DNA of 64,000 nt from Firmicutes bacterium UBA5774 (GCA_002418625.1 DIEM01000059.1:13451-77450); one strand, 5' to 3'; positions 9,764-18,965 are shown, counted from the stretch's first letter. Notes: generated by a model from the letters alone, not told the origin. Numbers and translations are program-made.

Positions 9764-10757
9764 CCTTTCCACCCTTGGTGATGACAATCTCGCCTTCTTC
9801 TTCAAGTCTTCGTATGATTGCCACGATCTTCTGCTGCGCCTCTTCAACGTCTCTTACCCTGACATTATGCAAATATTCGATTTCGCTCTTGATGGTCTCG
9901 GACATACGCTGTGACATGTTCTCGAATATGACAGCTGTGACTTCCTTGTTGGAGCCCTTGAGCGCGATAGCCATTTCCTTCGCCTCGACCTCTCTGAGGA
10001 ATCTCTGGATCGACATCGGATCAAGTATCGTGATATCTTCGAATACGAACATCCTCTTTCTGATCTCTTCAGCCAGCTTCGGATCATTCCTGCCCAGCTC
10101 GTCGAATATGTGCTTTTCGGTTCCGCGGTCGATATTGTTCATTATTTCAGCGATATAATTGATGCCGCCGACTTCAAGCAGTTCATAAGATACGATGTTT
10201 TCAAACTTTCTTTCCAGAATGGTTTCAACATGCTTGATCACATCCGGGGACGTCTTGTCCATCCTTGCGATCCTCTCGACGACATCGACCCGCTGTTCTT
10301 TCGGCAGCTCCGCAATGATCGCCGAGGCCTGGTCGGCTCTCGCATAGGAAAGGATCAGCGCGATCGTCTGAGGGTGTTCGTTGACGATCATGTTCATAAG
10401 ATTTTTATAATCGGATTTTCTGATAAATTCAAAGGCTTTTGTGCGCAGAGTTCTTGTGACCCTGTCGAGCAGCGCCGCGGCCGACTGGGCGCCGAATGCC
10501 TTCTCGAGGACATTTCTCGCGTAGGCGACGCCGCCCTCGGTATATACCTTTTGTGCGACGCAAAGGCTGTAGAATTCCTCCACCACCGAGTCGCTCATTT
10601 CGGGAGACATGGCTTCCTGCCTTGTGACTTCAAATGTGATTTTTTCAATTTCCTCTTCCTGCAGAAAACGGAATATGCTGGATGCCACATCGGCTCCCAG
10701 CGCAATGATAATCTGCGCGGCCTTTTGTCTCGGTGTCAAACTTGTATTGCTGTTCAT
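9747..10757 (-). CDS. fliG: Flagellar motor switch protein FliG
   Basis: 336 aa. Typical FliG N, middle and C domains (LTPRQKAAQIIIALG, MFVFEDI, charged C-terminal torque helix region). Confidence 0.95.
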   Translation of the reverse strand: MNSNTSLTPRQKAAQIIIALGADVASSIFRFLQEEEIEKITFEVTRQEAMSPEMSDSVVEEFYSLCVAQKVYTEGGVAYARNVLEKAFGAQSAAALLDRVTRTLRTKAFEFIRKSDYKNLMNMIVNEHPQTIALILSYARADQASAIIAELPKEQRVDVVERIARMDKTSPDVIKHVETILERKFENIVSYELLEVGGINYIAEIMNNIDRGTEKHIFDELGRNDPKLAEEIRKRMFVFEDITILDPMSIQRFLREVEAKEMAIALKGSNKEVTAVIFENMSQRMSETIKSEIEYLHNVRVRDVEEAQQKIVAIIRRLEEEGEIVITKGGKDEIIV

Positions 10758-10770
10758 ATTCTAAATTCCC

Positions 10771-12327
10771 CTAATCATTCTCGCTTTTTAACCATGACTT
10801 GATCAATTGTGCTGCAATTTCAGGATTAGCTTTTGAAAACTCAAGGATTTCCTGTTTTCTGGCGTCATTTTTCTGTGATATGGGCTTGACAGGCTGTTCG
10901 GGCTCCTGCCCGAACAATTCGTCCAGCACCGGCGCTCTGGGCAAAGCTACTCCGGTTTCAATCTCCTTTTTCTTTTTCTTCCGCTTGAGCAGAAGCATCA
11001 GGATCACCGCTATAATGATCAGCAGCCCTGCGGCGGCGCCTCCGATCATGAGATATAATTTCATGCTGTCTTCCTCGGCAGCGGGCGCATCCGTACCGCC
11101 GGGACCTGCGGCCTCCTGCGTGAAGAACGAAAAATTCTGGACCGACACCATGGCCGGATCTACGCCGGTCGCAAAAGACACAAGCTGCGTGATGCCCTCT
11201 TTTTCTCCCGGTCCGAATGAAGGCGCGTCTACCGCGATCCCTATCGATATGGATTCGATGACCGGACCGACCTTCTCTGTCTGGGCGATCGACTGGCTGA
11301 CCTGGTACGTCGTGCTTGCGCTTGAGCTGCTGTAGGTGCCTTCTCCTCCCTCGGTTCCCTCGGTATAGACCGGGACCTCCGCGTTCGAGCTGGTTCCCGC
11401 AACGCCTCCCGTTCCCGTTCCGCCCGCGGATTCAGAGCTTGTCGTCGTCTGGCTTGTCACTCCCGTGTTCTGTTCTCCCGACGGTGTATAGATCGTTTGC
11501 TCCGTGATCATGTTGTCCGTATTGATTTTAGCGGTCACGGAAACGCGAAGATGGTCTCTTGAATAAGGACCTTCCAAAACGGATAGGACCTTTTTCTTGA
11601 TTTCAGTTTCAATTTCCTTGGTAAGCTTGACTTTGAGATAGTCCGGGCTGCTGCTTGTTGCGCTGTCCGCAAGGTCGGTTCCCTGGCTGTCCGATATCGC
11701 GATATTGTCCTTTGACAACCCGGTCACGGATTTTGCCACGAGGTTCTGTATTCCGGAAACCTGGCTGTCCGACAGTGTGCTGCCCGAATTCATATGGATG
11801 ATGACTGAAGCGCTTGCTTCTTCCTTGTCTTCGTTAAGATAAAAAACATTTTCATCGGGAACCGTGATCGTCACGATGGCATCCTTGACGCCGTCGAGCG
11901 TCTTGATGCTGGCGGCGATCCGCTCCTGAAGCTGCATGTTGACGTACTGCTTCTTCTCGTAATCCGTGCTGAGCATACCGCTGCCCTGCTCGATCAGGTA
12001 ATAGCTCAGTCCGCTTTTGGGATAGCCCTCCGTCGCCAGCGCCATCCGAACGCCGGATTCCTGGCTCTTGGGCACCAGGATCGCATCCCCTTCCATTTTG
12101 ACGTCAACCTCCATTTCCTGGAGAACTGCCAGGATCTCGGTCGATTCCGTGACGCTGAGCTGGTCAAATATGACTACATAATCCTTATTATTCAGTATAA
12201 AGCTGAATACAAGGGCGATGACGATCGTCAGGATCGCAAGGCCCGCTACAAGGCCTTTTGTTTTATTTGATATATTTCCCCAAAACTGACTCAACGGCCC
12301 AAGGGCTTTTTTCATCTGTTCGTTCAT
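10771..12327 (-). CDS. fliF: Flagellar MS-ring protein FliF
   Basis: 518 aa. N-terminal TM LVAGLAILTIVIALVF, periplasmic ring-building domains, second TM LMIGGAAAGLLIIIAVILMLLL followed by KRKKKKK. Confidence 0.93.
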   Translation of the reverse strand: MNEQMKKALGPLSQFWGNISNKTKGLVAGLAILTIVIALVFSFILNNKDYVVIFDQLSVTESTEILAVLQEMEVDVKMEGDAILVPKSQESGVRMALATEGYPKSGLSYYLIEQGSGMLSTDYEKKQYVNMQLQERIAASIKTLDGVKDAIVTITVPDENVFYLNEDKEEASASVIIHMNSGSTLSDSQVSGIQNLVAKSVTGLSKDNIAISDSQGTDLADSATSSSPDYLKVKLTKEIETEIKKKVLSVLEGPYSRDHLRVSVTAKINTDNMITEQTIYTPSGEQNTGVTSQTTTSSESAGGTGTGGVAGTSSNAEVPVYTEGTEGGEGTYSSSSASTTYQVSQSIAQTEKVGPVIESISIGIAVDAPSFGPGEKEGITQLVSFATGVDPAMVSVQNFSFFTQEAAGPGGTDAPAAEEDSMKLYLMIGGAAAGLLIIIAVILMLLLKRKKKKKEIETGVALPRAPVLDELFGQEPEQPVKPISQKNDARKQEILEFSKANPEIAAQLIKSWLKSEND

Positions 12328-12381
12328 TTTTTATTCTACCGTTCATAAAAAATTTACTTTGAAAAATCGCTCATGAGGGGA

Positions 12382-12696
12382 TTACAGGTTTATTCTCATG
12401 ACTTCCGAATATGCGTCGATCATTTTGTTCCTGAGCTGGACCATCGTCTGAAGCGCCAGATCGGCTTTTGCCGCGTTTATCATCATTGTGTGCACATCAT
12501 CCACATTTCCCGTGGCGAGATCGTATGCATCCTTCTGCGTTGCCGCTTCAGTTTTTTCCACATTATTGACGACCTGCTCCAATACGCCTTTGAATCCGGC
12601 GCCCAGGGTCTCGCTGGCAGTCTGGCCGCCCTCTGAGCCCTTTATGGATTTCATGTTGTCAAGTCGTGATATTGTGCTTATAGGTACGATATACAT
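12382..12696 (-). CDS. fliE: Flagellar hook-basal body complex protein FliE
   Basis: 104 aa. C-terminal VHTMMINAAKADLALQTMVQLRNKMIDAYSEVMRINL. Follows flgC. Confidence 0.85.
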   Translation of the reverse strand: MYIVPISTISRLDNMKSIKGSEGGQTASETLGAGFKGVLEQVVNNVEKTEAATQKDAYDLATGNVDDVHTMMINAAKADLALQTMVQLRNKMIDAYSEVMRINL

Positions 12697-12708
12697 GGGT
12701 TCACCTCA

Positions 12709-13143
12709 TTACCTTCCGATTTCCAGCGCCTTCAGCGCCATGCTTTTAACGGCATTGAACGCGGTCACGTTTGCCTCATATGCCCTGCTGGCGCTCATCA
12801 TGTCGACCATTTCCTGCGTCGTGTTGACGTTCGGCATCATGACATAGCCTTCTTCATTCGCGTCCGGATGATTAGGATTATATACAGGCACCAGCGGCGT
12901 CGGATCTTCTATGATCTGCTCCACCTTGACCCCTTTTGACTGGTTGTCGGCCGCCTTGCCGAGGGCGGTCTTGAAGTCGGTTCCTTCCATGCTCTTAAGC
13001 ACGACCATTTTTCTTTTGTAGGGCTCCCCTGATTCTGTTCGAGTCGCCTGGGAATTGGCTATATTCTGGGCGATGATGTCCATTCTGGTTTTCTGGGCGG
13101 TCAGGCCCGATCCCGATATATTGAATGAGCTTAAAAAATCCAT
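12709..13143 (-). CDS. flgC: Flagellar basal-body rod protein FlgC
   Basis: 144 aa. SGLTAQKTRMDIIAQNIANSQATRT N-motif and MVDMMSASRAYEANVTAFNAVKSMALKALEIGR C-motif. Confidence 0.93.
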   Translation of the reverse strand: MDFLSSFNISGSGLTAQKTRMDIIAQNIANSQATRTESGEPYKRKMVVLKSMEGTDFKTALGKAADNQSKGVKVEQIIEDPTPLVPVYNPNHPDANEEGYVMMPNVNTTQEMVDMMSASRAYEANVTAFNAVKSMALKALEIGR

Positions 13144-13145
13144 AT

Positions 13146-13547
13146 CTATTTCTTCCCTTCACTGATTGCGTATCGCAGCCTGGCGATCCCGTCCGAAAAG
13201 CTTCTTGTCAGATACTGGTACTGCAGCTGGGTCTTTGCAAGGTCGATGCTCTCCGCATCCAGGTCCACATTGTTGCCGTCTGCTCTTGTCGAAATGTTGT
13301 CGCTGTCATATTCCCTGAAACGCAGATCTTCAATTTTCGATTTCATTTGTTCAATGCCGTTTTGTGCCGAGGCTCCCGCGCTTAAATTTCGCACTTCCTT
13401 TTCCAATGTGTTTTCAAAGGATACCTTCTTTGCCTTATATCCCGGAGTCTCATAATTGGCAATATTGTTTGATATCGCTCGCTGCCTTTGCCAGACGCCG
13501 TCCAGCGCTTTCTGCAAAACTGTATTCGTTATCGAATCGCCTATCAA
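13146..13547 (-). CDS. flgB: Flagellar basal-body rod protein FlgB
   Basis: 133 aa. TTG start with AGGGGGAG RBS. RQRAISNNIANYETPGYKAKKVSFE rod motif. First gene of the minus-strand operon. Confidence 0.9.
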   Translation of the reverse strand: MIGDSITNTVLQKALDGVWQRQRAISNNIANYETPGYKAKKVSFENTLEKEVRNLSAGASAQNGIEQMKSKIEDLRFREYDSDNISTRADGNNVDLDAESIDLAKTQLQYQYLTRSFSDGIARLRYAISEGKK

Positions 13548-13560
13548 TCCAATCTCCCCC

Positions 13561-13860
13561 TTTGTCGAATTTTCCGTTGCTGTTTTCTCCGATGCCGCAC
13601 CTTTGAATATGAGGCTTTTTCCTCGAAAACCATTTTTTGTGATGAATGCAATATACTATAAGAAGAAATCGAGGTCAACAAATAATCGCATGTTCTTTTT
13701 TGCATCGAACAACCTCTCAATATATTATCGATTTTCGATTATTTATCAACAAAATAATATACTAATTTGTCGAATTTTTGATTATTTTTTGTCTATATTT
13801 GTGTTTAATGTCGAATTATTGGCACATTTTCTAAGGCGATCTATTTTTTTTATCGAATTT
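13561..13860 (+). repeat. Cluster of TGTCGAATT-type direct repeats in the divergent flgB/flgM control region
   Basis: The exact 13-mer TTTGTCGAATTTT occurs at 13561..13573 and 13766..13778. TGTCGAATT occurs at 13809..13817 and TCGAATTT at 13853..13860. The palindrome ATCGAtttTCGAT lies at 13727..13739. All copies are in the same orientation. Confidence 0.6.
13650..13678 (-). promoter_or_regulatory. Sigma-A-type promoter candidate for the flgB operon
   Basis: The minus strand reads TTGACC (13678..13673), then N17, then TATATT (13655..13650). This lies about 100 nt upstream of the flgB start. Confidence 0.4.
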
Positions 13861-13881
13861 CTTCTTTTCTCTCTTATTTGC

Positions 13882-13908
13882 TAAAGTTTTGATTGCAATC
13901 GCCGATAC
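13882..13908 (+). promoter_or_regulatory. Sigma-28 (SigD/FliA)-type promoter upstream of flgM
   Basis: TAAA (13882..13885), N15, GCCGATAC (13901..13908). Matches the TAAA-N15-GCCGATAA consensus. Confidence 0.65.
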
Positions 13909-13990
13909 TGTATATGAAAATTAATTAAGGAATACATCGTATGGATTTTCAACCATTATCCGAACCACCCCGAGAAAGGAGGTCATTAAA

Positions 13991-14299
13991 GTGAGAATAT
14001 CTTTTTTAAACAAGTACATTCAGCCCATAAAGCCGGAAGCCGTTGCAGAACAGAGCAAAGCGGCTGCCGTTGAAAACAAGGGCATCATCAGCAAGAACAA
14101 AGTAGACAGCGCCGAGATCTCTTCCAGCCACACCGGATCTTTTGACGACAAAAGATTGATGGTGGCAAAATCCTCGATCCTGTATGATGTTTCTGTCGGC
14201 AGCTCTCCGAGCCGGATCGCCGAATTGAAGGCGGCCATCGAAAACGGAACTTATGAGGTCCCGACCAACGACCTGGCGGAGACGATCCTGAAGGAGTAG
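13991..14299 (+). CDS. flgM: Anti-sigma-28 factor FlgM
   Basis: 102 aa. GTG start 8 nt after GAAAGGAGG. C-terminal RIAELKAAIENGTYEVPTNDLAETIL is the FlgM signature. Confidence 0.8.
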   Translation: MRISFLNKYIQPIKPEAVAEQSKAAAVENKGIISKNKVDSAEISSSHTGSFDDKRLMVAKSSILYDVSVGSSPSRIAELKAAIENGTYEVPTNDLAETILKE

Positions 14300-14340
14300 A
14301 TGCTCCGCCGGCTGCAGTTATTTTCGGAAACGAGGTCATT

Positions 14341-14838
14341 ATGAAAGATAGTGTGAATTTCGACGCAATCATAAATGAGTTTTATATTTATCTGGGTGAG
14401 GTCCTCAAGCTCTATGAGGATTCTATTCCCACACTCAAAACAAAGCTGGCGGCCATCGCCTGCGACGATATCGATACACTCAACAAGTGCATCCGGACTC
14501 AACAGGTTTTCATCCTGAAAACCAAATCCTTCGACGGAAAAATCCTGGATTTTCAGTCAAAGCTCGGCATAACCGCCAGGAACCTCACCGATACCATCGG
14601 CTGTCTTCCCGTCGAGAATCGCCTGATGTTCTACGATCTGCTCGGACAATTCGATATCGTCATGAAAGAATTCATCTATCACAACGACAAATGCCAGGCC
14701 TTGCTGCAGTCAAAGCTCTACATGATCGATAAGCAGCTTAAGAAATTACAGGTCAAGCCCGATAATATGTTTTACAAGAACAACGCCAGGGAGGCGCAGC
14801 CTTCCGGATATGTAAAATCCTTTGAGACAAAGATTTAG
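14341..14838 (+). CDS. flgN: FlgN-family flagellar export chaperone
   Basis: 165-aa helical protein between flgM and flgK, at the position of B. subtilis yvyG/flgN. Assigned by position and size. Confidence 0.6.
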   Translation: MKDSVNFDAIINEFYIYLGEVLKLYEDSIPTLKTKLAAIACDDIDTLNKCIRTQQVFILKTKSFDGKILDFQSKLGITARNLTDTIGCLPVENRLMFYDLLGQFDIVMKEFIYHNDKCQALLQSKLYMIDKQLKKLQVKPDNMFYKNNAREAQPSGYVKSFETKI

Positions 14839-14859
14839 TCTTCCCGGGAGGAACAGACC

Positions 14860-16431
14860 ATGTTGAGATCGACCTTTTTAGGTTTTCAGACAGCAAGCCG
14901 CGCCTTATCAGCGAGTCAGATATGCCTCGATGTGACCGGCAACAATATCGCGAACGCGGACACTGCCGGATATACGCGCCAGAGAGTGGATCTCGTGTCG
15001 ATATCCTCCAGCGGCTATACCCAAAAATATACGACGACGGGCGCTACCGTCGGCTACGGCGTCGAGGCTGTCGGCGTCAGCCAGCTCAGGGATTCGTTCC
15101 TTGATCTGCGCTACAGAACAGAGAATGCAGAGAACGGAAAGCTGGAAACGATCGTTACCGGCCTTACGGACCTTGAAAATATATTTGATGAAACGACAAG
15201 CGAAGGACTTCAGACACAGCTCACAAATTTCCTGACACAGCTCCAGGCACTGTCGAATTCACCGACCAGCAGCGATATCGCGGCTATCGTACGAACTGCG
15301 GCACAGCAGGTCACCCAGATCATGAATACCTATTCGCAGCAGATCGATCAGGTTCAGGAGCAGGTGCTCTACGGCCTCAGCAACGTCACCGTCAATAACG
15401 ATTTCAATTCGCTGGTGCAGAACATCGCCGGCCTGAACGAGCAGATCAGGGAAGACCAGACCCACGGCAACCCGTCCAATGAACTCATGGACGAGCGCAA
15501 TATCCTGATAGACAAGCTGTCCAGACTTGCAAACATCAAAGTCACCTCGACTCCGGAAACCCTGTCGGACAGTATCACGATCGAACGTTTGTCCATATCT
15601 CTTTATGACGCTTTGACCGGAACAGAGATCGGACTCGTCGACGACGCATTATATAACACCTTCTCCGTCAATACTTCAGGCGGCAATGTATCGATTGAGC
15701 TGAACAGCACCTTCGGGGCCCACGAAACAAAGGATATCACCGATCACATCACCGGCGGCACGATCAAAGGCTATCTCGAGATCATTAACGGCAAGGGCGC
15801 TTTTGCGGATACCGCCGCAGGCGAAAGCTCCTTCAAAGGTGCTCCCTACTATGAAAGCACCATGGATACATTCGCTGCGAAATTCGCCGAAATTTTCAAC
15901 ACGCTGAACGCGACCGAGGATACGTCCACGATTCCCTCGACGATCACGCCAAAGCCCCTTTTCGAAGCTTCCGATGGAAGTACGTCCATCACGGCAGGCA
16001 ATATACAGCTGACCGACGCGTGGCTGGAAGACGCAACCTACCTGACAACGACCAAGGACCCCGATTCCGGCACCGGCGGCTCCGACAATATTTTGAAAAT
16101 GATACAGGCAATGAATACAAAGCATACGTTCCTCGTTGACCCCGCCGACAGCGCGAGCATCCTTTTCGAAGGCTCCTTTGAGCAATTCGTGTCGGGAACC
16201 ATCAGCGACCTGGCACTTGATATTTCTCTCAACAAGAGCTATGCCAAGACCTCGGATACCGTTATCACAAATCTTTTCAACTCGCGGGAATCCCTCTCCG
16301 GCATATCGCTGGATGAAGAAGGCGTCAACCTGATGGCCTACCAAAAGGCGTACAACGCGGCAGCCAGATTTATGACAGTCATCGACGAAGCCGTCGATAC
16401 GATTCTGAGCATGGGCCTCGTCGGCAGATAA
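14860..16431 (+). CDS. flgK: Flagellar hook-associated protein 1, FlgK
   Basis: 523 aa. N-terminal LDVTGNNIANADTAGYTRQRV and C-terminal GVNLMAYQKAYNAAARFMTVIDEAVDTIL. Confidence 0.92.
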   Translation: MLRSTFLGFQTASRALSASQICLDVTGNNIANADTAGYTRQRVDLVSISSSGYTQKYTTTGATVGYGVEAVGVSQLRDSFLDLRYRTENAENGKLETIVTGLTDLENIFDETTSEGLQTQLTNFLTQLQALSNSPTSSDIAAIVRTAAQQVTQIMNTYSQQIDQVQEQVLYGLSNVTVNNDFNSLVQNIAGLNEQIREDQTHGNPSNELMDERNILIDKLSRLANIKVTSTPETLSDSITIERLSISLYDALTGTEIGLVDDALYNTFSVNTSGGNVSIELNSTFGAHETKDITDHITGGTIKGYLEIINGKGAFADTAAGESSFKGAPYYESTMDTFAAKFAEIFNTLNATEDTSTIPSTITPKPLFEASDGSTSITAGNIQLTDAWLEDATYLTTTKDPDSGTGGSDNILKMIQAMNTKHTFLVDPADSASILFEGSFEQFVSGTISDLALDISLNKSYAKTSDTVITNLFNSRESLSGISLDEEGVNLMAYQKAYNAAARFMTVIDEAVDTILSMGLVGR

Positions 16432-16499
16432 AAACAGTCAATGAGACCATGGAATGATATTCCCAATGAGTGCATTTGATGCAGAAAGGCGGCAGCAGC

Positions 16500-17510
16500 A
16501 TGAGGATCACGACAAGAATGATGACAAACAAATATAAGCGGTCACTGAACGAGCTTTCAGCGTCAGTCAACCAGCTGAACGAAAAAGTATCGTCCGGCAG
16601 ATCCTTCAGCAAGGCGTCCGAAAATACTTCCGCAGCGATCAGCGCCTTTCAGATCAGAAGGAACCTCAGCAGGCTTGAATCCTACCAGTCCAACATTTCC
16701 TATGCGTCCGACCTGCTCCGGAATGCCGAAACCGCCTTGATGGAAGTCAACAGCGTCGCCAAAGAGGCCAGCACCAAAATATTGCAGGGCATCAACGGAT
16801 CCAACAGCGACAGCGACAGAGCCATCATCGCCCAGGAGATAAAGTCACTCAAGGATCAGCTGCTCCAGAGCCTGAATTCGAACAGCGGCGGCACCTATTA
16901 TTTTGGCGGCACCCAGACAGACTCCTCTCCTTTCAAGGATGTGGGTGGCAAATTGACATACAAGGGCGTCGATTTGGATACCCTGGTGTCCGGTTCCGCC
17001 GAGGAACAGGCGCTATTGGGGGATGCACGCTATATCGACATCGGCCTCAGCCTTCAATTCGACCCGCTCCAGCCGACCAAGCTGGATAGCAGCACCGCTT
17101 TCAATATCGCCCTTCCCGGCATCAAATTCGTCGGAAGCGGCACGACGACAGTCGACGGCCAGGTTCTTTCAAACAACCTCTACAATTTGCTGGATCAAAT
17201 CTCAGTCGGCCTGGCGGATCCGAATTATTCTTCGGATCAAATGGATGCGCTGCTCAGCCATTTTCAGACGCAGAGCGATAAAGTCCTCGTCACGGTCACT
17301 GAAATCGGATCAAAAAGTTCTTATCTTGATTTCATGACCAACCGTCTCGACAGCGAATCACTCAATATGCAGGAACGTCAATCCGAGATCGAATACGCCG
17401 ATCCGGCCAAGACCATTATTGACTTCAAATCCCAGGAGATGGCCTACGAAGCCGCATTGGCCATGGGCGCAAAGGTCATCCAGCCGTCCATTTTCGACTA
17501 TATCCGTTGA
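16500..17510 (+). CDS. flgL: Flagellar hook-associated protein 3, FlgL
   Basis: Start moved to ATG 16500 (MRITTRMMTNKY). Flagellin-like N and C termini. Follows flgK. Confidence 0.88.
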   Translation: MRITTRMMTNKYKRSLNELSASVNQLNEKVSSGRSFSKASENTSAAISAFQIRRNLSRLESYQSNISYASDLLRNAETALMEVNSVAKEASTKILQGINGSNSDSDRAIIAQEIKSLKDQLLQSLNSNSGGTYYFGGTQTDSSPFKDVGGKLTYKGVDLDTLVSGSAEEQALLGDARYIDIGLSLQFDPLQPTKLDSSTAFNIALPGIKFVGSGTTTVDGQVLSNNLYNLLDQISVGLADPNYSSDQMDALLSHFQTQSDKVLVTVTEIGSKSSYLDFMTNRLDSESLNMQERQSEIEYADPAKTIIDFKSQEMAYEAALAMGAKVIQPSIFDYIR

Positions 17511-17566
17511 TTTATCCCGGCCAGTCCGGATCATATAAGCGATTCTTGAAGAAAGGAGGAATCACA

Positions 17567-18169
17567 ATGCGACCATTATTAACAATCGAAACGGTTCCGA
17601 TCTCGATCGAATACAAGTATAAAAGCACTGCGGCCGATCCGGTGGCGCAGTCTGCAAAGCTGCGCATCAGCACCGCGGATACCGGGGTCACGATCAAGAG
17701 CAATCCGATCAGCATCAGGATGGATTCCTTCAATGCGAATGAATCCGAAGCAGGCGGCAGCAAACAGTATTCATCCCCGGACCTCAGCTTCTCTTATGAT
17801 GCGACGGCTCGCTACGCGGACGGCGGCAGCCTTCAAATGGATATCCGCCTGATGGGCTCTCCCATTGAAGGCCTCGATTTCCAGCGCGTCGAGCGAAGCA
17901 TCGAAAATGTCATGGGCACGATCGCATCGACTATCTCGGATCTGCCGTCGGCAGGCAGGGATATGCGCATCAATTTTCAGATTGGCGGACTATCATTGGA
18001 TTCAGGCGCATTCAGCAAGTCGGACATCAGCTTCATCCCGGGCGATCTTGAATTCGAGGTTAAAGAGTATCCGAAGGTCATCATCAAATATATCGGCGGA
18101 CCGATCTATATCCCCAAGAGCTCCGATCCCGACTATGTGGCTCCGGAGCAGTTCGACGTCGTAGTTTAA
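17567..18169 (+). CDS. YviE-like protein (DUF6470-like, recalled from memory)
   Basis: Start moved to ATG 17567 (GAAAGGAGG RBS). About 200 aa. It occupies the flgL-fliW slot that yviE occupies in B. subtilis. No catalytic motif recognised. Confidence 0.5.
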   Translation: MRPLLTIETVPISIEYKYKSTAADPVAQSAKLRISTADTGVTIKSNPISIRMDSFNANESEAGGSKQYSSPDLSFSYDATARYADGGSLQMDIRLMGSPIEGLDFQRVERSIENVMGTIASTISDLPSAGRDMRINFQIGGLSLDSGAFSKSDISFIPGDLEFEVKEYPKVIIKYIGGPIYIPKSSDPDYVAPEQFDVVV

Positions 18170-18185
18170 AGGAGGCTGAAATACA

Positions 18186-18635
18186 ATGATTGTCAACACA
18201 AGAGATTTTGGCCCCGTTGAAATAGCGGACGAGTCGGTTTACGAATTCCCGGACGGCATATACGGGTTTGAGGACGTAACTGAGTTTGCCCTTTTCTCGA
18301 GGCAGATCGACGATATCACTCTTATATATCTGCAGTCTACAAAGGATTCAAATCCATGCTTTTTCGTCTTTGAGCCCTGGGATATCGTTCCGGATTACGC
18401 GCCCGTGGTCTCTTTCGAGGATCTTAAGGCCGCGGAGGCCGAAACGATAGACGATCTGATATTTTTATCCATCGCAACGATTCCGGACTCCATCAAAGAG
18501 ATGTCCGTCAATATCAAGAGCCCTGTCGTGCTGAATCCAAAAACCGGAAGAGGCCTGCAGCTGATCCTTCAGAACCCGGGATATCAGGTCAGATATCAAC
18601 CCTTTATCAAGGAAGGGGATGGGACGTCATGTTAG
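18186..18635 (+). CDS. fliW: Flagellar assembly factor FliW (CsrA antagonist)
   Basis: 149 aa. MIVNTRDFGPVEIADESVYEFPDGIYGFED...FVFEPW is typical FliW. 7-nt overlap with csrA. Confidence 0.9.
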   Translation: MIVNTRDFGPVEIADESVYEFPDGIYGFEDVTEFALFSRQIDDITLIYLQSTKDSNPCFFVFEPWDIVPDYAPVVSFEDLKAAEAETIDDLIFLSIATIPDSIKEMSVNIKSPVVLNPKTGRGLQLILQNPGYQVRYQPFIKEGDGTSC

Positions 18636-18865
18636 TCATCAGCCGCAAGGAAGGCGAATCCATCGTTATTTCCGACAACATCAGGATCACGATCGTCTCG
18701 CTCGGAGGCGACAAGGTCTCCATCGGCATCGACGCTCCAAAAGAGATCCGGGTCATGCGGCAGGAATTGCTCGAGACGGCCGAAGCAAACAAGGCAGCCG
18801 GAAAAAGCGCCGAAAAGTCCAATTATGAAGATCTGGCGGATTTTCTAAAAAATCTGAAAAAATAA
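18629..18865 (+). CDS. csrA: Carbon storage / translational regulator CsrA
   Basis: 78 aa. MLVISRKEGESIVISDNIRITIVSLGGDKVSIGIDAPKEIRVMRQEL. Confidence 0.93.
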   Translation: MLVISRKEGESIVISDNIRITIVSLGGDKVSIGIDAPKEIRVMRQELLETAEANKAAGKSAEKSNYEDLADFLKNLKK

Positions 18866-18866
18866 C

Positions 18867-18893
18867 TAAAGTTTATATCGGCTATACCGATAT
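18867..18893 (+). promoter_or_regulatory. Sigma-28-type promoter of the flagellin gene
   Basis: TAAA (18867..18870), N15, ACCGATAT (18886..18893). The -10 element is one arm of the inverted repeat ATATCGG-ctata-CCGATAT (18875..18893). Confidence 0.65.
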
Positions 18894-18965
18894 ATATATC
18901 AAAGCTGCTGTGCAGCTGAACGCCGGCCGGCTCTGCGTACGGGACCGGTCAACAAATCAAAGCAG

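Noticed and set aside
9764-9847. Longer FliH start (9847), and long N-terminal extensions of flgE (4776), fliK (7173), flbD (3198), the XRE gene (22726), mnmE (50157), rnhA (59249) and others given by the ORF track.
   Set aside because: The extensions overlap upstream genes or promoters, lack RBSs, and add non-conserved residues before canonical N-termini. The internal starts have good Shine-Dalgarno sequences.
13456-13884. 142-aa ORF running through the AT-rich flgB-flgM intergenic region.
   Set aside because: It begins antisense inside flgB and then reads low-complexity AT-rich DNA (runs of F, I, N, Y). This is not plausible as a protein. The region is better explained as promoters and operators.
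13548-13900. c-di-GMP riboswitch or invertible flagellar switch upstream of flgB, as in Clostridioides difficile.
   Set aside because: The predicted leader is only about 100 nt and has no GEMM-like paired elements that I can see. The only inverted repeat in the region is an 8-bp AT-only pair (TATATTAT/ATAATATA), too weak for a recombinase site. No recombinase gene lies nearby.
14585-14594. ACCGATAC inside flgN as an internal sigma-28 promoter for flgK.
   Set aside because: There is no TAAA-like element at the required 15-nt spacing upstream. Isolated CCGATA words also occur inside fliY, gyrB and dnaA.
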